Source of the DNA: Octopus vulgaris
Lineage: Eukaryota
Direction: 5' to 3'
NCBI GenBank assembly: GCA_951406725.2
Contig: OX597815.1
Span: 93,558,001-93,622,000, forward strand
DNA length: 64,000 nt
In this document: positions 27,365 through 41,263 of the stretch, one piece after another
How the letters are laid out: each line of letters opens with the position of its first letter
How positions within the stretch are numbered: position 1 is the first letter of the stretch
Position numbers and translations under genes: made by a program
Notes under the pieces: generated by a model
What the model saw: only the letters and a program-made list of their open reading frames with translations
Databases searched by the model: none
What the model was told of the DNA's origin: nothing

Positions 27365-28748
27365 ACATTGATGAACTTGTTTCTGTTCTTGTTGTTTAAT
27401 TTCAGGACTACCCTGACCTAGCAAGCTTATGGTGAGAGATGTTCTGACCCAGGAAGTACTGCCTTTTTTAATACTTTGGGTATGTGTCTTCATCTATGGC
27501 TTCACCAATGGCTTGGAAATGGATTTGGTAGAACAAATACCATAAAGCATTTTGTTTGGCACTCTAATGATTCTGCCAGTCCATTATCCTTTTTGAGTCT
27601 ACTTCATAATTAAAATTATTTCTTAAGTCTTTCAAAAGAAAATACATTTTAACTCAATTCACTCCCAGATTAACATCACCTTTTGGCCTTTCTGTAAGAT
27701 TTTGAACAAAGTTTCCAGTGTTAGAATAAATCAATATCTTGATGCACTGTTTCCATCTACAATGACCCATGCACTTTGGTTTCTTCCTCCCTTTTCTATC
27801 ACCAATCCTGGGAACTCAGAAAAAAAACATGGGTGTTGCACTTCCTCCTCCACTGATTAAACCATTAAAAAAATTAAAAATAAATACATATAGCAATGAG
27901 CTTTTACAATACAATGTCATGTGAAGGAGATAAATATATGAAATTGAAACAACCCTAAAATACAACTAGTATTCATTTGAGCTAAAGAGGGAGCTCTTTG
28001 TGATTGTTTAACCTGCTAGTAATAGCACTGAAATCTCCCACAAATCACAACATATTATATTAACAATTAAGACATTCAATAATGTAGCCTTATATACATG
28101 AAAACGATGGCAGGATGATCATGGCTGAAATTCCTTTGAATGTAGGCTTACAGTAAAAACAACTGGTACTTATTTTACCAGTTTAGGATTGTTGTTGTTG
28201 CTGTTTAGTCTCTGATCAATGAGTAAGCTGATCTTTTTTTCAGATATAGTGCATTAAAAAACTACATACACTATTTGCTTTCTTTCGTAGTGTCTGATAT
28301 CACTTTCTTTGGTAGTGTATGATAAGAGGAAAGTTTGGCTGCAATTTCTAGCCGATTAAGTGACCATGTAGAGGCTTTGACTTGTAAGCAACTATGAAAA
28401 TTGAAAGACAATGCTAACCCTAGTGTGCTTTGAACTCAAAATATAAAGGTATATAACTATTTACTGGAAGGCATTTCTTCTCACACTCCACTGTTTTTAA
28501 CCAATGCTCTTTCGCTTGTTTGTTTTTACATCCATTTTCTTTGCTATCATGGGTTAGACAAAATATATTATCAAGGTATTGTTTTACAGCTGGATGCCTT
28601 TTATGTCATGTATTTGTTTTCCAAGTTAGCAATATCTTATTCCATGAGTCTTCAAGCTTACGTAGCCAGCAAATGATCCACTAAAAGAGAAAATAACAGC
28701 ATCACCCATAGCTGAGCAAATTTTGCAGAAGAGCAAAAGTAAATGCAT

Positions 28749-28800
<52 letters not shown>

Positions 28801-29264
28801 ACACATACACACACACACACACATAGACACACACAAACAAACACACATGCATACACACAAACATGTGTGCACACACACACACAAACACACATATGTACAT
28901 GCCTACACAAAAGCACACAGTTGCCCATGCACACACACATACACCCCACTTTATATATATCATCATCATCACCTTCATTTAACATCACTTCATTGCATGG
29001 GACAAATGGAATTTGTTGAGAACTGATTTTCTACAGTTGGATGCCCTTCCTGTCACCAACCCATACCTGTTTCCAAACAAAGTAATATTTCCTCATGACC
29101 AGACATTTTTTTTCATTAAAGACCAGAAATGAACAACACCACTTGTATAACACATGCTTTTTTTTATATATATATAATCATCACATAATGTCAAGACAAA
29201 GACAGACATAAAGGTGCACACACACACTCACACAAACACATATACACACATACATATTTTTACA

Positions 29265-29410
29265 ACAAGCTTCTCAGTTTCTTTCTGTCATACCCACTCA
29301 CAAGGCTTTGCTTGACTTGAGGCTATTGTAGAAGATACTTGCCAAAGGTGCCACAAAGAGGGACAAAACCCAAGACCACATGGTTGAGAAGCAAGCTTCT
29401 TAACCACACA
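29265..29410 (-). mobile_element. CORE-type SINE, partial
   Basis: Reverse complement of the SINE 5' half. Confidence 0.65.
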
Positions 29411-32400
29411 CCTAAGCTTGTGACTATATGTATGGCAGGCTTCTTCCAGTTTTCAGCATGCAAATTGTCTCATAAGGGTTTGATTGGCATGTGGTTATAG
29501 TAAATCAAATATTAATTCATTACTGATGTAGGATTACAATTTTTTTTTTTCAGTTAGAGGAGAGACAGCACCCATGATAGTATTTGTGAATATGATGTGG
29601 CTTGTGTTTAATTATAACATCCTTAAATTGACATCTACAAGAGAAAAAAAAAACATGGTGGAAAGAGGAGGTAATTCAGAGAGTTGGGTACTGCAACATA
29701 ATTCTAACTAAAGGGAAAGAGAATAACCTTCTAGTCTTAGTCTTCTATTATAATTATAATTACATCTATGACACATTATAAAAATATTAATGATTCAATA
29801 CCAGTATTTGACTGGTTTGTATTTCTTTGACCCTGGAAGGATGAAACACAAAGTTGAAAAGTTGACTCATGAAGTTCGGTAACTAAATCCCATAGACATC
29901 TTCTCTGATGTTCTAACAATTTTAACAAGATTGATCATAGTATATTACTGGTACTCAATTTAACAGCCTCAGAAGAATATAAGCATGCACTAATATACTA
30001 GGATATTACATTACTATAGGCAGGGCTAAGGTTACATACTGTAAAGTAGTGTAACATTCTACTATTTCTGCTGACTCACTACTATTCTACTCAGTTTACA
30101 TACTTCATAAGAATGAAGAACAAAAGGAATCTCAACTGGAATTGAACACAATAACTGTCATGTGTTCACAGACCTCTTGGTACATGTTCTTTATCTGTAG
30201 TCTTTGCTGAGCAAATGCCTTCAAAATTTCCTTATCATTTTCAGATTTATAAAATATTTTATTTGAATTTTGCAATGGAAATGTTCAGATCTATTCTGGA
30301 ATAAAGTAATTCTATAATAATAAATGATACTCTTGCTATTTGTATTATTTGATGTTTTTTCACTTTTATTCTTAAGAATCTGAGACCAAGTTCTGTTTTA
30401 ATTAAAGTATTTTAAATAGGGACAAATTAATGAGAAAATAATTTACAAAGCTATTTAGCAATTTAATTAAACTCAGTGAGTAAATACTTTTAAAAAGTAA
30501 CAAAATTGACAAACACACACATCCACATTTATATATGCTCTCATACACATACATTCACATACATACATAAATACATCCATTCATACACACACACACACAC
30601 ACAGAAAGAGAGAGAATCATAGACATACATGCATGTACACACATGCACATATATAACAAATAAATATATTCATGCATTTATTCAGGTATACATATACATA
30701 TATACATAAAAATGCATATTACACGCACATGTATATATATGTATATATATATATACACACACTCACGCGCACGCATACAGGGAATTTCAACCATGTTTTG
30801 TGGTCTGCTGCCACAACAGCTCCTTTATAGGATCCATTTAGCTCAAGACATCATCAAGAGGAACCACGTCCGGTTTCGGCTCCTACTCCTCTACTATTTT
30901 GACATGGCGGTGCTCCTCTTTCAGAGGTGTCTTCAGCTCTGGTGTTGGGTGCATGTCTTCTTTCTACTTCTTTCTTGTGTTCCCTGGCCTCTTCGATGTA
31001 GCGTCGAGTGTCAGCGGGCTACCTCATTGTCAAATTCTTTATAACTCGCTGCGTCATTTGCTTTAGCCACTTAATCTTTGTCCTCTTCACGCCTATCACT
31101 CTTTTTGACTGTTCCAATTCAACTGTGGAATAAACCTCACTATGGTTATTTTCCAGGAGGTTTTGGCCTCACGTCTTATGGTTTATCAACCCGCATTGTT
31201 GAATTACTTTCTTCTGACACACCTTCCCTTGGTGGATTCTCAGCCCAATGTAACTAGCAAACACCTATCCGCAGCAGCTGAATTCCTCATCTACCATTCC
31301 TTTACCGCTTCCTTTCTCATTGTCCATTTCCTGTCCAAGTCCATTTCGTTTTCTTCCGTTCCTATTTGATCTTTTATTCTCCCCCTGTGGTCCGGGATCA
31401 TGGGGGCATGATTTCCCTTATGGGCATGCATACATACAAACGTGGTGCCTTCTAACTCCTTGAGCATGATACCTTCTGTACTAAAATCACAGACGTAGTA
31501 CCTTCTTGTCATTTGCTCCTATAGTGTCAAAATTAGAACAGTATGACAAGACCATGACTCTATCTCCTAGACACTAATAACACTTCACTGAAGGGTGCAA
31601 ATATGTGGGCAACTAGAAAATTACACCTGCTCCCACCTATAGCAGATCTTTAGTCCCTATCAAGCAAAGAAGCTTCAAAAGTGGTGGTATTTCATTATTG
31701 CAGTTGCACATAATACTCCAACTCCCACAATAAAAGGTCTAGAATGTTTTTGTATCATCAGTACCACTCTGTAAATGTTTGAAGTCAAACTGGTTACAGG
31801 CAAAACAGACAAAATGCCAGACTACACACGCTGCAGGTTTCAAGCAAGAGTGTCTTTCTCCTAGCTGGATTTCCATACACAATTAATTATAGATAAATAT
31901 CCATACATACACACTAATGGATGGTTGATGACCCTTTTGAGTTTATCCACATTTTGACAGGTTTTGTTTTTCATCCCACAGGCTGTCCAAAAGTTACCCT
32001 CCTCACCCAGAAAACTTGGTGGTGCTGTTGGTTTAGTCATTGTCAACATAACCATGCAATAGTTTGTACTAGTTTACGTGGTTACCAATTGTAGGTCCCT
32101 AACTATTAGATACTTTAACCTCGAACTCACACACACACATGTATGTGTGTGTGTGTGATAAGAATTCAAATATATGTTGGTGCATTTGGCTATGTTAGTA
32201 AATATCTAAGCAGTAATCATAGTATGTATTGCAGTTCCAATATTTGAATTTATGGGCTTCCTCTAGGCATTCTGGTCTCACACATTATAAGAATGACTTT
32301 ATTTCATGGGTAATTTACCTCCTGATACTTTGATTTTAACTCATTTTCTGATTCTTTAAAGAAAGAATTTCAAAAACAAAAGAATATATTTTCTTCAAAA

Positions 32401-35400
32401 TTTGCTTCAAATGAAATAAAACTAATATCACATTTACTTAATTGTGTCTTCTTTTTAATATGCTTGAATGGTAACTCTGTCTTATTTAATATGCTTAAAT
32501 CATGTCATTTACACAATTATATTGCGAAATATGCTATCAATATTCAGTACATATCTGTAGTTACAGCACATTAGACACTGGAATGTTATAAATGTATTGG
32601 AAAACTAATTCCTTTCATCCATTAAATATAAGTTTTGAAACAATATACAACAGTGTTTTATTAAACTGGATACACCTTTGTTAAGATCAACAGTTCATGG
32701 CAATTTATAGCTACTTTTGCTAGTATGCATTAGATTCAGAATAAATTTATTACAAGCTCTATTGCTAAAATCATGCAGAAACTATGAAGCAGGCTGGAAA
32801 CTCTTGAATGGTTACCTAAAATTCTATTAACCAGTGAGCCATAAAAGATGTTGAGTCATTGAAATAACACAGCAATAAGCTCCTTAACTGAATCCCTGAT
32901 GAGAGTTGTGATTAATCTCCTACAACTTGCCAATCTAATGAAAACCAAGCTGGTGTAGATAGAATATCTAGTGAAGTGAATAGAAATAAAGCAGAAGAAC
33001 CAGTTGAGATTCAACATCAAACTGATAAACTAGTTTACATCAGAAGGAAGAAGATATTTCACTTGAGTTGGGGAATAAAATGTTTTGTCAAGGCTACAAA
33101 TATGAAAAAAACAAAAAAGATAATCATGATTCTGTGGCAATTATCACATGATAAGTTTAAATATTTTTTTTTTTTTACAGTTTTACATTCATTATTTCAT
33201 GCTTGCTTAGGTAAGATGGTTGTTATTGGAGCAATTGTTTTTACAGCTGGATGCTCTTCCCCTCCACTACTAACCAATTCAAACTATAAAGAAAGAGCAG
33301 GACCTGTTTTTCTTAGTTAAGTAACTTACAGCAAGCAGATTTTTATACCTTGCAATAGCTGTAAATTTTTTTCATGGGGAATATTTCCTTTTCGGGATTG
33401 ATCAAGATGTGTGTATGTGTGTGTAATCATTATAATTTAACTTCTATCTTCCATACTGTCATGGGTCGGGCAGCTTGACAAGATTCAATGAGATGGAGTA
33501 TGCATAAAGTTCTAATGTCTGTTTTGGCATGGTTTCTATGTTTGGATGACTTTCCTAAAACCAACCACTTTACAGAGTGTATTGAGTGCTGTTTTCGTGA
33601 CACAGGCACTTATGACATTATCAAGTTGCTTGCAAGACAAAGAAATAAAAATCTGAAGGAGGAGGAGAACAAAAAGAAGGAGGGGGATGATAACACAAAG
33701 AAGAAGAAGGAAATGAAGAAAAAGGAGGAGGAGGGGGAACATTCTTTACTGAGTGGAGTTGAAATAGATGAGGAGGTGGCTCTATGCCAGATGTAGAGAG
33801 GTTAAGGTATGATAGCAGGACAAGAACGAGCGTCTTGCTACAGAAGAGATAGCTGGCTGCCCCACATTATATAAAAGTGGATAGGAGTGAGTAGCTGGAA
33901 GAAGGTAAAGATGTTCATGATGAGGTATCAGAGTGTACTGTCAAGGAATAATAAGGTGAATGTAAGCGAGAACATGACCTGAGGATTGGAAGGTGTGGAT
34001 GAAGTTCATAGGAGTGTAAGAGAAGAGTGACAAGTGATTAGAGATAGGAGTAGAGGTTAATGTAGGGAATGATGTACAAGGGTGGTGTGGTCAGAGGTAA
34101 ATATCAGTACAAAGAAGAGTAAAAGCAATAGCTCAGGAATGAAATGTTGAATGGCAGTACAGGAAGGGTGGAGAGTAGCAGAATACTAAACTTGTAGATA
34201 GATCAGAAAATAGTGAGATGATAGGCAGTGGTAAAAAGAGAGTGATATACAGGGTCAGAGGTATGTGTTGGTGGTTATAGTGAATGGGGGACAAAAGTGA
34301 TTGGGGTATCAACAACAGATAGGGTGATAGATATGAGAGGATGTTAAAGATGAAGTATAATCGTCCTAAGATGTATCTCAGGAGATAGAGATATGCGGAA
34401 GCACAAAAAGTGGTGATCAGTGGAAAATATATATACACACACACATACATGTGTATGTATACACACACTCATATATATATATATAGATAGATAGATAGAT
34501 TATAAAGGATCTAATCACATGCCCAATTCCTTTTGTTGATGTCTTCTTTTTCTATTACATTATATGAATTTGAAAAGAGGAAGTACCGGCTGTGCTGAGT
34601 GTGGTGGAAGAGTGAGAAAGAAAGTATTATAAAGTAAAGTAAATTAGATAGACAAACAGACAGGTGAGAGATTGACAGATCTAAGAGAGGAGAAACCAGT
34701 AGTAGTTAGCAGCAAGAATGGTGTCAAGACAGGCAGTCAAGGGAGCAGACCATGAAATATTGGAAGCTATGGCAAAAAGGGTGAGAGAAGAGACAGTGTG
34801 AGTAAGAGAAAGGAAAAGAATAAAACAAGAGATTTACAATATGGAGACAATAATTAGATGATGTGATACAATACACAATGCAGAAGGAGAAAGAAGTGGT
34901 TGTGCTGAGAGAAGTGGAAGAGAGAAATTATAAAATCAAAACCATAAATAAATAAGATGGAAATTGACAGAGCATAAGAATGAGAGACTGAAATATAGGG
35001 AGGGATGGAAGAAAGAGTGACAGAGGAAAAGTTAGCTCAAGAAGGAGAGCAGAAAAATGGAGCTCAGCTGTACAGAAGCAACATCATAAAATAAGAGGTA
35101 TAAAAGGTAAGTGAATTATAGAGAGCAAGAGAGAGAGAAAGAAAGAAAGAGAAAGGGAGAAATTTATGCAAGATGTTATGATAGCTATTAAAGTGGTGGA
35201 AGTAGATTTTGACTAAGAGAAAAAGGAGAGTTTATGATATATATATATATACACACACTTACAGAGGAAAAGAAGAAATAAAGAAGTATGGTCCCACTAT
35301 CTTAGTTAAATAACTTATTTATTCAATGATTAATTAAATATAGGGCCAATATTCAAATATAAATTATATGTATATATGTGGGCATATTTGCATCAGGTTA

Positions 35401-35837
35401 AACATATACAAACACATGCACATATATATACATAGTCATATGCACACATATACAGACATATATAGATACATACACTCGCACATGCTCACACACACACACA
35501 CACATACATATTTACATGTAGCTTGAATTACACAAAGGAAAATAAATCACAAAGAAAACACACACAAACATTGATTACACACATACATGTGAGTGTATAT
35601 ACGTGTCTATTTAGGAATGTCTATGTGTTTATTCATATATGTGTATACATTTATACAAGCATACATATATAACATAACATATATGCATAAAACTTATACC
35701 ATTGTTATTCTGAGTATCATGTCACCAGTTTTCCATATACAGTAAGTTGCATTGAAGAGTGGTAATGGGAATTTTAATTGCTGTTATTATTGACTATGTA
35801 TGAATTACATTTTTTTATGCCTGTATATATGTGTGTG

Positions 35838-35872
<35 letters not shown>

Positions 35873-35908
35873 ATGCATATATATATATATATTTATATAT
35901 ATATATGC

Positions 35909-36003
<95 letters not shown>

Positions 36004-36005
36004 TA

Positions 36006-36155
36006 GGTGCAGGTATGAGTGGCTTCCCAACTACATGGTTCTGGGTTCACTCCCACCATGTGGCACCTTGGGCAAGTGTCTTCTACTATAGCTTCAGGCT
36101 GACTAAAGCCTCGTGAGTGGATTTGGTAGATGAAAGCTGAAAAAAGCCTGTCGTA
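36006..36155 (+). mobile_element. CORE-type SINE 5' half
   Basis: ggcaccttgggcaagtgtcttctactatagc core. Confidence 0.75.
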
Positions 36156-36179
36156 TATATATATATATATATATATATT

Positions 36180-38050
36180 CTGAGAAAGTTAGAGGTTGCG
36201 AATTCAACCAACTAAGGGATAATATCTATCCAATATACTGCTGGAAGAATACACAATTATTAATACACAAGTGTTTTTTCATTGCATTGCAATTACATAA
36301 CCGAGTGTACTAAATGGGTGAGGGTAAAGGGTTATTTTACCATTAATTTATAGAGCAATAAGAAAATGGAGGGGATCAATAGGTGGTATTCATCAACTTT
36401 TAGACATTATATTATGTCAATTTATTTATTTATTTACTAAAATGACAATTACAACAATATACATACATGTATAACATATTATGCTTTACATATATAATAC
36501 ATAAAGATACCAGTAATTATAAAATATATAACATACAGGAATAGAAATTGGGAAAATATCTTACAGATGTTTCATCCAAGAGGCAAAAATACCTCATTCT
36601 ACCTTTATCTCTCCAGTAGACTGAAGTAATTAGTAGACGAAATTGAGGTATTTGGGTGTTTCTTAAGGCTTTGTCAGAAATTTTAGAAAGTTAACCTTAT
36701 GTACAGAAGTATGTGCCCCCATATACTTCTGCATGCTCAGTTGTCCATTGGATCCTGTTGCTGTTACTTCTGTTTCTGTATTGCAGTGGCCACTTAGTGG
36801 ATAAATTGTGTTACCCTTGCATGAGCATCATACCTAAGCCTTGGGTCTGGGCCTACCTACTAAATTTTTTTTACACTAGGTGCACAGCTAAAGGATAATT
36901 GTTGAATCTATTGGTACAGGGGAAGTCTCTATCAACTAAATTAAGGAAGATCTTACCTACTCTGGTTTTAACGTTTAAAGAGAATGGCAGTGTGAACCAC
37001 AGTACTTTCTGGTAGTGCTTTCTCTTGGGGATGGGGGCTAAGTTCTGGCATGTAACTAATATTATCCTTGAAACTTCTGGCTGCCAGAGCCCGGTTGTAG
37101 TATGGGGCAGCAGCATCAAAGATCTCTTTGCTTGAAGACAAACTAGAGATTCTACTGCTGACGCCCTTAATCAGGTTCCTGAACATTATGGCTGGATGGC
37201 AGGAACTTGTGTTAATGTAAAACAACTTCTCATTTGGTTTCTTAAAGGGCCTATAGGCATCTGATTCAAGGCCCAGGGTCACGTTGAGGAAACCTATTGT
37301 TTTCAGGTTGCTCTCTATAGTCCGAGAGAGTTTGTGGTGCTTGTGAGGTCCTTTCTGAACTTACCTAGCATGTGGCCATTGGCCCCTCTTGATATTGCTA
37401 GTGTGTTGTCCCTGTAGAGACCAAAGCTAGTTGAAGGGAATTTATTTTTTAGTATACCAAGGATGAAGAAACCAACTAGGTCACATACATCCACACTGTC
37501 AAAAGCACCCATTTCCATGTGTGTTTGATCCAAGCAGACTCCTTACTGAAGAGTAGGGTTCTTCTGGCATGCATGATAATGTATATATCCTCATCATTGA
37601 CTTTAGTATGGGCCCTAGCAAAGTTCAGTGCCTTTAACAGGAGCTCCTTTGATATAGATGGGTAGAAGTCCACTATATCAAATTGGGTAAATCTAGCTCT
37701 ACCCCTACCCTGCCACTGTTGGCTTTAAACTATGTAATGACTTCATTAGTGTTGTGCCATAGGGTTAAGTCAGAGGCATTTCTAAAACCGTTACCCATCT
37801 TCCTGATAAGCTGTTTGCTCACCTGTCCTATCTCAGACTTCAGATTGCATTTAGGGATAGAGGCAAAGTTAGGCTTATGATCCTTGATCGTTAGGAAGGC
37901 CTCTTTCTTCACCAGTGTCTATCTGCTATGCTTAGTTTAAAAGCTATATCTCTGATGAGCATAAAGTTATATAATCGGATTGTTACCTAACACTCCATTG
38001 TATTCTTTATGCAAAACCGATTGGTAAGATCAGCCATGATGGGTATCTAA
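36180..38050 (-). mobile_element. Penelope-like element relic (RT, thumb, pLTR)
   Basis: DFYPSISKELLLKALNFA, MGAFDSVDVCDLVGFFIL..GLYRDN, RPFKKPNEKLFYINTSSCHP, KVLWFTLPFSLNVKTRVGKIFL; frameshifted and flanked by (TA)n. Confidence 0.85.
36558..36681 (-). ncRNA. Degenerate hammerhead in PLE pLTR
   Basis: Reverse complement: attt-CTGACAA-long stem II (aaatacctca/tgaggtattt)-GAAAC atct GTA-agat; G8 mutated to A. Confidence 0.45.
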
Positions 38051-38064
38051 TATTATACATTTCA

Positions 38065-38100
<36 letters not shown>

Positions 38101-39059
38101 GTACATATATATTTTTGTGTGTATGTTTGTATTTGTCCTTCCACCACTGTTTGCCAACCAGTGTTGATTTGTTTACATCCATAGTACTTAGCAGTTTGGT
38201 AAAAGAGATCGATAGAATAAGTACCAGACTTAAATAGAAGCACTGAGGTCAATTTGTTTCACTAAAACCTTAAAACTTTCAAAGCAGTACCCCAACAATA
38301 GCTACAGTCCAACGAATGAAACAATTAAAAGTTAAAAAATAAATTAGGTAAACAGATAATTAAATAGAACTGGTAAAAAAAAATGGAACTTTATGAACTA
38401 AATACTATATCATTTTACCAATAATTACTTCAATAGCTTTATGATAATAATTTTAAAAACATTTCATAATGTTTCAAAACAAAATGTTCATAATGGAGAC
38501 ATTTTTAACTCACATGACTAAAAGTCACAATGTATGATGATAGAGGTGGTGGTGGTGGTGGTGGTGGTGACATTGGCATTAACAACAGGCCTGCTAAGGT
38601 TTTGAGGTTGGAGGCCATTCCTAATTAATCAATCAGAGCAATTTATTGTTTGTCAACTTATTAAAATAACAGAAGAGGAATGTGTCTTAGATGAGAAGGT
38701 CAATTAGATAAGATGAACAAAGAAACATGATTTATTAAGGCGGGAGGAGGGTTTATATAATATTAATGTGACTAATCATAACATTCTGTAGACATTAACA
38801 TAGGTAATGAGAACGTCTTTAGTGTAAGTACCACTCACATATATACTTATATACATTCATATATACATGCACACATATATCTACATAAATATAAATAAAT
38901 ATTCATACATTCATACACCCCCCTCCACACACACACATAGTAATAATAATAATAATAATAATCCGGGGATGGAATTTATATATATTCTAATTTATTGCAT
39001 CTATGTGTATATGTATATATAGATATATATATTAAAGTTTGCTTCTATGTTCAGTTATA

Positions 39060-39440
39060 TCATCACCATTATTATCATCATCATCATCATCATCATCTTT
39101 TAAATCTGTTTTCCCTGCTGGATTAAGTTGGAAGGTTTGACAGGAGCTGGCCAGCTGAAGAACTTCCCAGGCTCCATGTATGTTTTGCCATGGTTTCCAC
39201 GGCTGGATGCCCTTCCTAATACTAGTCACTAATACCAGTCATAGAGTGTACTGAGTGCTTTTACACAGCACTGCCAGGGATGCTTTTACATGACACCAGC
39301 ATGGGTGCTTTTCATATGGCACCAACACCTATGAGCCTGCAAGATTAGAATTGTTCAGCTGAAGAGGGAAGCAGAGGATATGCCTGTATGCAAGGACAAC
39401 CACAATTTCACTTAGCTTGACGTGTCTTCTCAAGCGCAGT
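39060..39440 (-). mobile_element. RTE-type 3' tail remnant
   Basis: (CAT)n plus ggctggatgcccttcctaat motif. Confidence 0.65.
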
Positions 39441-39585
39441 CAGTAAACCAGCAGAAATCTGATGGACTACTCTATACAATGGCTTAGCTGGCAGAAACTT
39501 CAAAGTCACTGTCAATAACATTCTGGTATAAGAATAATGTGTTTGTGTGTGTATGTGCATGTGTGTGTGTGTATATTTCTGTGTG

Positions 39586-39782
39586 TAAACTACCAAAATC
39601 ACAATTGGCTGTGTGAAAGAGCAATATTAGCTCCAAAAAACGTCGCTGTTAACAAAATTAATCAACAGCTAATGCATTCTCTTCCCGGCACTATACACAC
39701 TTACAAGTCTGTTGATACAATTCCAGATATAAATGAAGTTGTGAACTATCCTCCTGAATTTCTCAATTCACTGAAGCCATGA
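39586..39782 (+). mobile_element. Helitron Pif1-like helicase fragment
   Basis: NHNWLCERAILAPKNVAVNKINQQLMHSLPG..YKSVD..VVNYPPEFLNSL is characteristic of Helitron helicase. Confidence 0.85.
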
Positions 39783-39873
39783 TTTTGAAATGAAGAAAAA
39801 ATATACAAACAACAAAGAACAAGGGACACAACCACTTTTATGCACGAAATTACAATTTCTAAACATATAGCGC

Positions 39874-39936
<63 letters not shown>

Positions 39937-40119
39937 ATTTGAAGAAAAATATGTTAGGGAGAAAATAACAATCATAATATTGTAATAAGATGTGTTCTTC
40001 CCATAAAAGACGTTGACTACTGTGTGAGTGGGGTGGAATGACAGTTACCGAGAGAATGAGTGATGCTCTGTTCTATTTCAACTTTGGATATGTTCTTCAC
40101 CCATCTGTTTGAGGGGTGA

Positions 40120-41190
40120 AGAACATATCAAAAGTTGTTTGATGTTTATGGTGAATCATCTCTGTGCATCAGTGTAGAAATGAAGCTCAAAGTAAACTTT
40201 TCTTGTAATTTCTATATGTTCACAATTAATGTTGTTATCAGCAAATACTTACACACTTTCCTCTGTAAGTGCCAACGTTTAATATTCTCTGCAATCAATT
40301 TAAATGGAGTTGGTAGAATTTCTGTACTCTTGTCCTTGTTCTAAAAACTTTAGCTTCTTGTTAGATAAACTTTCTCTATGGGACACTGCCAACTCAAATG
40401 AAAGACTTTGCTAGCCAGGAAAGTCTTTCATTAGAAGTTTCACCTTCTTTTTCAATAAAAATTCATACAAACTTTTGGCTTTCTTTAATTGCCATTGTAT
40501 TTATTGACACATTACGTTGAGTCTGATCTTTAATCTGTACACTCAAGAGCTGTTGCATTTTAAGCATCACATTATTTCTATTAAAAAAATAAGCATTGTA
40601 GTCCAGTGGTAGAAAATGAAAGAACAGTAAAATAAAGAAAACTTCTAACAATGACCAACATCATAACATATGCCACCAATAGCATTTTCCCCCACCACTA
40701 TGTGAAAATATGTCACAACTACAGCTAATAGTTGGAGAGTTGCTTGCACCAAAATTTGGAGAATTGCTGCTGCTGCTAATCCAAATGCTGAGCAGTTTAA
40801 AATAAAATAATGAAATTAATGTAACTAGACATGTCTTGGATTGCATTCTTCTGAAGATAGGCTTTTGCATCTGAACTATAAAGTTTTTTGATAAAATTTT
40901 CTGCACTGTTAGAAGCTTTCTTTACTTCCCCTTTCTTTCATTTTCTCCTTCTGAAAAAAGAAAATAATGGCCAAGCAATTAACAGAGTACTTTCTTGTGC
41001 ACTTGACTTAATTTTCTCTCTGTTGTCATGTATTATTCTTACTGCAGGCGGAAGCTGTAATGTTTTGGCAATGCGGTTGTTTTTTGGGGTTTTTTTTTCT
41101 CAGGCTGGTGTTAGTTATATTGCAATGTGTTCATTGAAGCTGTATGAGCTTCAACCAAGTGCTATCAGAAACTCTATAGCCATCTAACAA
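40120..41190 (-). mobile_element. pogo/Tigger relic (CENP-B HTH N-terminal region)
   Basis: 40413-40500 is similar to 23313-23400; ORF fragment MLKMQQLLSVQIKDQTQRNVSINTMAIKE. Confidence 0.6.
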
Positions 41191-41220
41191 TTTTTGACCA
41201 ATATTCGAATATTAAATTTT

Positions 41221-41259
<39 letters not shown>

Positions 41260-41263
<4 letters not shown>

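Noticed and set aside
30780-31520. Possible coding sequence or LINE ORF1 remnant
   Set aside because: Frames are interrupted and no motif could be identified with confidence.
32892-32960. CTGATGA...GAAA hammerhead-like motif
   Set aside because: Stem II is out of register with GAAA, and stem I and the cleavage triplet do not fit convincingly.
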